A program made the translations under genes and the position numbers. From a bacterium (GTDB lineage Bacteria; SZUA-182; DTGQ01; JAFGSM01), in contig JBLIRO010000030.1 of the NCBI GenBank assembly GCA_049472335.1, forward strand, positions 1 through 56,697: a DNA stretch of 56,697 bases, written 5' to 3'. The notes under the pieces were generated by a model, which saw only the letters and a program-made list of their open reading frames with translations, made no database searches and was not told where the DNA came from. Positions 8,867 to 16,151 of this stretch are shown here, piece after piece (the first letter of the stretch is position 1; every line of letters starts with the position of its first letter).

Positions 8867-9368
8867 CTTTTTTTCTCCGGCGGTTATTTTCTTCTCTTAC
8901 AGCCGTGACTGCTTCATCTACGATACTATCAATCTCCTCTTGTGAATACTTCTCAGTACTTCTTCTAAATTCAGAAACCACTTCACGCATTTCCTCTGCC
9001 CATGTCTCATCCTTTTTTGCTGAAGGCATAATCTCTTCAAGCCTGCATTTTATGATGACACTTTCCAGAATGGTTTTTACCGCCTCCCTATCGTGTGGTT
9101 TGAGATTGGAGATTTTCTCGAATTGTTCTAAGAGTTTTTTATCGAGGATTCTAACAAAGGCTACCCCTTCGTTTTCATCAAAAATAAGTTCGTCTGTTGA
9201 TACACCAAGAGTTTTGGCAATGTTTTTTATTATTTCCAGGGTAGGAGAAGACGTCCCTTTCTCATAACGTCTCACCTGCGCCACTCCAACCCCTATTCTT
9301 TTAGCCAGATCTTCTTGGGTGAGGTCTTTCTCTTTTCTTAATTTTCCCAATTTTTTTGCAAATGACAT
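8856..9368 (-). CDS. XRE-family HTH regulator with an antitoxin-like C-terminal extension
   Basis: LRKEKDLTQEDLA..IGV....V.RYEKG...P HTH_3 motif and an acidic helical tail (SQEEIDSIVDEAVTAVR). Overlaps the PIN gene by 11 nt. Confidence 0.8.
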   Translation of the reverse strand: MSFAKKLGKLRKEKDLTQEDLAKRIGVGVAQVRRYEKGTSSPTLEIIKNIAKTLGVSTDELIFDENEGVAFVRILDKKLLEQFEKISNLKPHDREAVKTILESVIIKCRLEEIMPSAKKDETWAEEMREVVSEFRRSTEKYSQEEIDSIVDEAVTAVREENNRRRKKVGA

Positions 9369-9423
9369 ATCGCAAACCTCCGATCCATTTTATATAAAAA
9401 ACCGGTTAAATAAACAAATTCCA

Positions 9424-9490
9424 TTAAAGTATAAATCAGTATACTTTAAATAAAATAATCATATATGATATTTTACAGTTCATATATGAT
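9424..9490. promoter_or_regulatory. Cluster of palindromic operators upstream of the XRE-PIN-NACHT operon
   Basis: TTAAAGTATA-N6-TATACTTTAA (9424-9449), ATCATATATGAT (9458-9469) and TCATATATGA (9480-9489). Confidence 0.6.
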
Positions 9491-9679
9491 TTTATCAACC
9501 TCTTTTTTTCAATATTGATAAATTCGCAAAAACTTTTTTAGGTTATCTAAGTATCTCATTTTTAACAAGATTTATTACATAAGATTGAAAAGACTATTAA
9601 ATATGGTATTATAACCGGACAAAATACAGGGTTTACAAATGCTCAAACACATTATAATAACCGGAGGTGAAATGACCCG

Positions 9680-10456
9680 ATGAAAGACATCTTCTCCATG
9701 TGGTCAAATACAAGGATGATAGTCCTCACCGCCATCTGTGCCGCCCTTTATGCAGGGCTTATGCTCCCCTTCAAGATTGCCCCTATCATTCCCGGATTCA
9801 GCGAGCTAAGGCCCGGCGCTGCAATCCCCCTTACCTGCTCGCTTCTGTTCGGGCCTGCAGCGGCATGGGGGGCAGGGATCGGGAATGTTATCGGAGATAT
9901 CTGGGGGGGAATGATCGGCCCTGGGAGTTTCTTTGGATTTATCGGCAATTTCCTTATGGCTTATATCCCTTACAAATTCTGGCAGATATTGAACAGCAAG
10001 GCAGACATGGAGCTAAGCAGCAGCAACGACAATGATAATGACAATAATAAACTCAAATCCATATCCGTTTTTATCCTCATATGCATCACTGCAAGTTTTG
10101 CCTGTGCTGTTTTTGTAGGATGGGGATTGGATATAATAAAGCTTGTCCCTTTACGCATACTTGCCAATGTGATTGCCATAAACAACTCCATATTCACCAT
10201 CTTTCTGGGCCTGCCATTGACCCTTGCACTTTATAAAAGGGTTAAACAGTGGGGGCTTTTTTACGCGGATATTATGACAGGGCCTCAGGCCGATTCCATG
10301 AGAGGGACTAAGCATGTTACACCCATATCCCGGCTTGGGGCATTGATGATGGTTTTCAGCACAATCGGGGGGATGATTGCATTGAACCTCGGTTTTAAAA
10401 ACCCCGGATTTTCCGTATTTATACTTTTAATGATCATAGCGTCTTTTCTCTTATGA
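9680..10456 (+). CDS. ECF transporter substrate-specific S component (QueT-like)
   Basis: IVLTAICAALYA, PGFSELRP..A, LLFGPAAAWGAGIGN.IGD; multi-TM; adjacent to ECF A and T genes. Confidence 0.75.
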   Translation: MKDIFSMWSNTRMIVLTAICAALYAGLMLPFKIAPIIPGFSELRPGAAIPLTCSLLFGPAAAWGAGIGNVIGDIWGGMIGPGSFFGFIGNFLMAYIPYKFWQILNSKADMELSSSNDNDNDNNKLKSISVFILICITASFACAVFVGWGLDIIKLVPLRILANVIAINNSIFTIFLGLPLTLALYKRVKQWGLFYADIMTGPQADSMRGTKHVTPISRLGALMMVFSTIGGMIALNLGFKNPGFSVFILLMIIASFLL

Positions 10457-12144
10457 ATACCCCTCTCATAAGAATCCGGGACCTTTCCTTCTCCTATCCA
10501 TCCTCCCCGGCACCTGTTCTGGACCATATCAATCTCGATGTTTTTGAAGGTGAATGGATCTCTATCATGGGGCCTACCGGGGCGGGGAAATCCACATTGT
10601 CCCTTTGCCTCAACGGGCTTATTCCCAATATGCAGACCGGGAAGCGGGAGGGGACGGTGTTTGTCTGTGATGAAGACACATCTAAGGTATCCATACCATA
10701 TCTATCTTCAAAGGTCGGGGTGATATTCCAGGATTTTGACACTCAGTTGCTTGCAAGCCAGGCCGAGCTTGAAATCGCGTTCGGCATGGAAAACTTTTGC
10801 ATCAAAAGAAACATCATGAAGGAAAGGGTTCATGAGCTGCTTCAAAGGTTCAGCCTTTTTAAGTACGCAAACAGACATCCGGCAGAGCTATCCGGAGGTG
10901 AAAGGCAGCGCCTTGCCATAGCATCGGTGCTCGCACTTTCTCCGAGGGTGCTTGTGCTTGATGAGCCCACAACAGACCTGGATCCTTTCAACAAGGAAAA
11001 GCTGTTTTCCATTGTCAGGGAGATGTGCGGGGACAGGCTTACGATAATATGGATAGACCATGAGCCTGAGCTTGCATTCGGATCTGACAGGTTCATAGTT
11101 ATGGCAGAGGGAAAAATTGCACACAATACAAAGTTCAGGGTATTTTTTGGAGATACGGGGCTTGCCGAAGGATACGGGATAAAACAGCCGGAGATACCCT
11201 GCCTCTTTAAGGATAAGGATGCAGCGGATGTCCCCGTTTCCTATGATGAGGCCATGGGAAAAATAATAAACAGCAAAGGCGGATTTATATGGAAGCTCTC
11301 AGAGAAGAAGCAAAGAAGTTTTATTGCTGAAAGGATTAAAGCTTCATCAGGCAAGCCCGTGATACAGGCGGAAGATCTGGAATATATCTATCCGAACGGT
11401 ACAAAGGCATTGAAGGGGATAGACATTGAAATAAAAGAGGGTGAATTTGTCGCTGTGATCGGGCAGAATGGTTCCGGCAAAACTACTCTGGCCAAACATC
11501 TAAACGGTTTGCTGAAACCGACATCCGGAAGGATCATAATAAACAGAGAGGACGCAAGATCTAAGTCCATCTATGAGCTTTCAAAGGGTGTCGGATTTTG
11601 CTTTCAAAATCCTGACAATCAGATCTTTGCATCCAGTGTCCTGGAAGAGGTTTCCTTTGGGCCAAGAAATTATCAACTCCCTTCATCAGTGATTGAAAGA
11701 TATGTGGCGGAGGCATTGGAGTCCGTAAATCTCAGAGGTTATGAGGCCAAAGATCCCTTTGTCCTTACGAAAGGCGAAAGGCAGAGAATCGCGGTCGCAT
11801 CCGTTCTCAGCATCAAACCCGATATAATGGTATTCGATGAGCCTACAACCGGCTTGGATTACAAACAGATGACAGGCATGATGGAGCTTATAAAAAGGCT
11901 CAATGAGGAAGGCCGGACAATAATCATCATTACGCATAACATGTGGGTGGCTGCCAGATACGCGAAAAGATGTATAGTAATGGCGGATGGAAGGATATTG
12001 CTTGACGGAAGCACCCGTGAAGTGTTCTCGAAAGAAACAATGTTGAAGGAGGCCTCCCTGGCTCCGCCTGATATTGTAAGACTGGGGAATGCCCTTGGCG
12101 TCACAGCACTTTCGCTGGAAGAATTCCTATACTGCCTTGAATAA
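10453..12144 (+). CDS. ECF transporter fused dual ATPase (EcfA-A')
   Basis: Two ABC domains: GPTGAGKS/LSGGERQR/LDEPT and GQNGSGKT/LTKGERQR/FDEPT. Confidence 0.9.
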   Translation: MNTPLIRIRDLSFSYPSSPAPVLDHINLDVFEGEWISIMGPTGAGKSTLSLCLNGLIPNMQTGKREGTVFVCDEDTSKVSIPYLSSKVGVIFQDFDTQLLASQAELEIAFGMENFCIKRNIMKERVHELLQRFSLFKYANRHPAELSGGERQRLAIASVLALSPRVLVLDEPTTDLDPFNKEKLFSIVREMCGDRLTIIWIDHEPELAFGSDRFIVMAEGKIAHNTKFRVFFGDTGLAEGYGIKQPEIPCLFKDKDAADVPVSYDEAMGKIINSKGGFIWKLSEKKQRSFIAERIKASSGKPVIQAEDLEYIYPNGTKALKGIDIEIKEGEFVAVIGQNGSGKTTLAKHLNGLLKPTSGRIIINREDARSKSIYELSKGVGFCFQNPDNQIFASSVLEEVSFGPRNYQLPSSVIERYVAEALESVNLRGYEAKDPFVLTKGERQRIAVASVLSIKPDIMVFDEPTTGLDYKQMTGMMELIKRLNEEGRTIIIITHNMWVAARYAKRCIVMADGRILLDGSTREVFSKETMLKEASLAPPDIVRLGNALGVTALSLEEFLYCLE

Positions 12145-12848
12145 TGGAAAAGAGTCTTTATATAGAAAAGGATACCCCCCTTCAGAGGCTTGACCCGAGG
12201 GTAAAGATACTCGGTTTGTGTCTTTTCTTTTTAATCTCCTTGATAATCATGAATATATACTCCCTTGCCGCTGTTCTTTCTCTTCTGCTTATTCTCATCA
12301 TTATTTCCGGTTCATCCCGAAACCTTTTAAGGATCAAATGGCTTGTAATCGTTGTTTCTATCATGTGCGTACTGTTCTGGCTGCCGACAAGATCATTGAA
12401 ACACGGGATAATGGTTGCCCTTCGGCTTGATATAATGTTTTTTGCGGGGATATTATTTGTCTCATGCAGCCGTGTGGAGGAGTTCACAGCGGGATTGATC
12501 AAGCTCGGCATCCCTTACAGGATAGCCTTTGCCGTTTCTCTCGCGTTCAGGTTGATCCCGTCATTGTTTTCCATAATCCATACTACGGTTGAAGCACAGC
12601 AGATAAGGGGTCTCAATCTGAAAGAAGGGAATGTATTAAACAGGGCCAAAAAATATATACCCCTTTTCATACCTGTGATAAGCCTTCTTGTAAGAAATGC
12701 CCACCAGCTTTCAATGGCCCTTGAATCAAAGGGATTCGGATTTACGGACAGACGGACAGAGTATATTGAATACAGGATGCAGGTCCTTGACTATATAACA
12801 CTGATATTGCTATGCGCGCTCTTATTTCTTTCGTTTGTTATAAGATGA
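12144..12848 (+). CDS. ecfT: ECF transporter transmembrane T component (EcfT/CbiQ)
   Basis: LDPRVK start, AQQIRG and ALESKGF motifs. Confidence 0.85.
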   Translation: MEKSLYIEKDTPLQRLDPRVKILGLCLFFLISLIIMNIYSLAAVLSLLLILIIISGSSRNLLRIKWLVIVVSIMCVLFWLPTRSLKHGIMVALRLDIMFFAGILFVSCSRVEEFTAGLIKLGIPYRIAFAVSLAFRLIPSLFSIIHTTVEAQQIRGLNLKEGNVLNRAKKYIPLFIPVISLLVRNAHQLSMALESKGFGFTDRRTEYIEYRMQVLDYITLILLCALLFLSFVIR

Positions 12849-12870
12849 GGCTGGTATTTTTAAAGAGGCC

Positions 12871-13356
12871 TTAGAATAATCCCCGAATAAAGTAATATGT
12901 CATTACCCCTGATACTGTCAGCTTTAACACAACCCCCAGGAGCACCCCCATAAGTATTCCCTGGCTTGCCTTAAGCACCGCCATCCCCTTTTTGCCAACC
13001 AGCATCTCTCCTGCCGCGGCGCCAATAAAGGCGCCGATAATCATTCCGAACGGCGGGAAATAGAAGATACCGATAATCATTCCGGCAACCGAACCCCAGA
13101 TACCCCATTTTGACGCGCCATACCTTTTCGCGCCCAGAGAGGGTATTATATAATCCAATCCCGTCACGAGTATTGTTATTATAAACAAAATTATCAAAAG
13201 GGTCGGAGTAAGCGGCGGCGTGAAATGCTGAACAAGGGCCAGCATCAAAAGACCGATGAAACTCAATGGCGGACCCGGCAAAACAGGCAAAACGCAGCCT
13301 ATAAAACCCAGGATTATAAAAATTGAACCTATGATACTTACGATTATAAAAAGCAT
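12871..13356 (-). CDS. DUF456-family membrane protein
   Basis: LPVLPGPPL, GAKRYGASKWG and GAFIGA motifs. Confidence 0.8.
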   Translation of the reverse strand: MLFIIVSIIGSIFIILGFIGCVLPVLPGPPLSFIGLLMLALVQHFTPPLTPTLLIILFIITILVTGLDYIIPSLGAKRYGASKWGIWGSVAGMIIGIFYFPPFGMIIGAFIGAAAGEMLVGKKGMAVLKASQGILMGVLLGVVLKLTVSGVMTYYFIRGLF

Positions 13357-13362
13357 CTGTTT

Positions 13363-13614
13363 TTAGGTTTTGTTTTTTTCTTTCTTAATCACGGTAATCA
13401 CGGTGTTTATAATCCTCCCGAAAAAAAGCGTGAATATGATAAGCAGGATAAAGGCGGCGATAGGGAAGACAAGTATCATGCTCAACTTCAAAACAAAAAT
13501 AGATATGGGGATCAGGAGAAAAAAGATTACGAAGATAAGAATCAGGGCAAGGCATCCTGTCAGGAAATCCTTCCCGTATCTGTTTGTATTTTGATTATAA
13601 TTTTCGTCATTCAT
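13363..13614 (-). CDS. Small hypothetical membrane protein (2 TM)
   Basis: Two hydrophobic segments. The probable start at 13614 overlaps the nitroreductase stop. Confidence 0.55.
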   Translation of the reverse strand: MNDENYNQNTNRYGKDFLTGCLALILIFVIFFLLIPISIFVLKLSMILVFPIAAFILLIIFTLFFGRIINTVITVIKKEKNKT

Positions 13615-14161
13615 TTTGTTCTCTCTTTTCATATCTCCTTATCTCATCCAGGTCTTTTCTCGTTTTTTCGCGCAAGACCGCATCTTTAGGATATCCCATA
13701 CTGATCAGGACATCAATCTTTTTATCCCCGGGCAATCCTAAAAACTTTTTTACAGCCTTCTCGTTGAACCATCCATGCCAGCAGGTGCCTATACCCAATT
13801 CTGCCGCTTGAAGGACAAGGTGCTCGCAGGAGATGCCTATGTCTATGAGGTTATACTGAGTGCCTCTGAAATAGCTGCCGAGCCGTGCGGCATAGGCGGA
13901 CCTTTCGGTTACCACCACTATGATGACAGGGGCCTGTTTTGCGAAGGAATTAATCGCATAAATCCCCGAAAACACCTTATCAGCGAACCTGTTTTTTATC
14001 TCTTCCTTGTCCAGAACAATAAAAGACCAGGGCTGGGAGTTGCACGCAGAGGGCGCAAGCCTTGCTGCCTCAAGGCACGTATCTATGTCCTGCCGCGAAA
14101 CGGGTCTTGAAGAATAATCCCGTACACTTTGTCTTTTTATTACAAGATCCAGAAATTCCAT
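13607..14161 (-). CDS. Nitroreductase family protein
   Basis: RQSVRDY, AARLAPSACNSQPW, LGIGTCW and GYP motifs. Confidence 0.9.
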   Translation of the reverse strand: MEFLDLVIKRQSVRDYSSRPVSRQDIDTCLEAARLAPSACNSQPWSFIVLDKEEIKNRFADKVFSGIYAINSFAKQAPVIIVVVTERSAYAARLGSYFRGTQYNLIDIGISCEHLVLQAAELGIGTCWHGWFNEKAVKKFLGLPGDKKIDVLISMGYPKDAVLREKTRKDLDEIRRYEKREQNE

Positions 14162-14337
14162 TTCTCCTGCCTTTATGCTATACTTTTATGTTTCTTGCTT
14201 ATGATACATTATATTATCTTAATACATTAAATGTAAATCTTACAACCTGATGGTTTTTTTAAAAGAAGCGTACATTTCTAATTTACTGAAATGGCTCTAT
14301 AATATAATTACAGATAAACAATCATAAAGGTTTCAAT

Positions 14338-15990
14338 ATGAAGATTTTCGCTAAAAAAATGCAACGGATCAAAACCGGCTTGTTTATTCTTTTTTTCCTG
14401 TCCGGGATATTATCTATGGTCTTTTTCCCGGGGAGAAGGGCTTTATGCACTGAAGATACTACTGTACAACTGCTCTATTTTTACAGTGAAGAGTGTGAAG
14501 ACTGTCATTTCGTCGAGGAGTTCATCCTGGAGCCGCTAAAAGAGTTTTATCCAATCAATCTGAATCGCATAAGCGTTGATGATAAAGAAGGATATGAACG
14601 GCTTATCTTTATGGAGGAGATAATAGGAGACACTGAAAACCAAATCCCTGTAATCATTCTCGAGAACAAGGTTATGGGCGGCATAGAAGAGATTGAGAGC
14701 AATTTGGAACAAACCATAATAGATTTTATGGAAGCGGCCCGGGAAGAGAAATATAATGATACCCAGGCCCCCCATGATACCCAGGCACCTCCTCCCTATT
14801 ACCCACAAAAATCCCATTCGAAAGAAAAATCTTCAACGCCTGAATCCATACCAAACAAATCCCCTGAGCATCCCGAACCATATTCCGACAATAATCAGAA
14901 AACCAAAGATACCTATAAAGTCTATGCGGCTTACTTTTCGAAGCAGGGATGTAAGCAGTGTAACAGGGCCTATCGGGACCTCGAATATCTCCAATCAAAA
15001 TATTCGAATCTCACCGTGAGGATATATGATATTGCGGACCAGGAAAGCAAGATCCTCAGCGAAGCCTTGGGGCAGATTTGTGGCATCCCTGAAAATAAAA
15101 GACTCACCACGCCATCCATATGTATTGGAAAAGTCTTTTTGTTAGAGGAAAACATTACTCTGGAGAAGATGGAGGAACTTATACTGAAATACAGCCTGGA
15201 ATACTCCCCTCCACCGTGGGAGATGGCTGAAGGTGTGAAAAAGAAGGCCGGGCAGACTATTATCAGCCGTTTCAAGGGGCTCAATATTACTACCATAATG
15301 GTAGCCGGGCTGCTTGACGGTATAAATCCGTGTGCCTTTGCAACCATCATCTTTTTCATTTCCTATCTTGCCTATATCGGAAGGAAAGGGAAGGAGATCC
15401 TAATGGTTGGCGGGGCATTTACACTGGCTGTATTTGTAACGTATGTGCTGGTTGGTTTAGGGTTCCTTTCGTTTATAAAAAGCCTTTCCTTCCTGCCATT
15501 GCTTTCGAAGATCGTCTATTTGGGCACTGCCATTTTTGCTCTGGTTTTGGGGGTCCTCAGTCTAAGAGATTATTTCATCTGCAGAAAAGGAAATGTGGGG
15601 GATATGTCTCTCCAATTGCCCGATTTTCTGAAAAAACGCATTCATAAAACCATACGAAAGGAGTCAAACGTCAAAAAGTATATTCTCGGCGCTCTCGTTA
15701 CGGGATTTATTATATCTATACTGGAGCTGGCATGCACCGGTCAGGTATATCTGCCAACCATCATTTTTGTGTCCCGCATCAGCAAGTTCAGACTGCGATC
15801 AATGATATATCTTCTTTTATATAATCTCATGTTCATTTTTCCGCTTATGACAATATTTGTAACAACTTATAAGGGTACATCCTCTCAGGAACTGGCTGCC
15901 CTGTTTCAGCGCTCATCCGCTCCCATTAAACTGGGCATGGCAATTCTCTTCTTTGCCCTTGCAGGCATCCTTATTATAACCTTTATATAA
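14338..15990 (+). CDS. Thioredoxin/glutaredoxin-like domains fused to a CcdA/DsbD-type membrane domain
   Basis: Signal-like N-terminus, CEDC and CKQC CxxC motifs, and membrane Cys pair in DGINPCAF and LELACTGQVYLP. Confidence 0.8.
   Translation: MKIFAKKMQRIKTGLFILFFLSGILSMVFFPGRRALCTEDTTVQLLYFYSEECEDCHFVEEFILEPLKEFYPINLNRISVDDKEGYERLIFMEEIIGDTENQIPVIILENKVMGGIEEIESNLEQTIIDFMEAAREEKYNDTQAPHDTQAPPPYYPQKSHSKEKSSTPESIPNKSPEHPEPYSDNNQKTKDTYKVYAAYFSKQGCKQCNRAYRDLEYLQSKYSNLTVRIYDIADQESKILSEALGQICGIPENKRLTTPSICIGKVFLLEENITLEKMEELILKYSLEYSPPPWEMAEGVKKKAGQTIISRFKGLNITTIMVAGLLDGINPCAFATIIFFISYLAYIGRKGKEILMVGGAFTLAVFVTYVLVGLGFLSFIKSLSFLPLLSKIVYLGTAIFALVLGVLSLRDYFICRKGNVGDMSLQLPDFLKKRIHKTIRKESNVKKYILGALVTGFIISILELACTGQVYLPTIIFVSRISKFRLRSMIYLLLYNLMFIFPLMTIFVTTYKGTSSQELAALFQRSSAPIKLGMAILFFALAGILIITFI
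14756..14786 (+). repeat. 18-nt-period tandem duplication in the linker (DTQAPHDTQAP)
   Basis: ATGATACCCAGGC at 14756 and 14774. Confidence 0.8.
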
Positions 15991-16151
15991 GGATTCTATT
16001 TAGCCTAATGAAGGCTTATGAATAATTAAGATTATTCCGATATTATAATATAGATGGTATAATATACCATCTGAAATGCGATTTGCATTTTGAGTTTTTA
16101 AATCTTAGGATTCCTTAGTGGAGTCTTATAAAAAAGGCAGGGATAATTGTA

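Noticed and set aside
9500..9680. preQ1 or other riboswitch upstream of the QueT-like ECF operon
   Set aside because: No recognisable aptamer or terminator; the substrate remains unknown.
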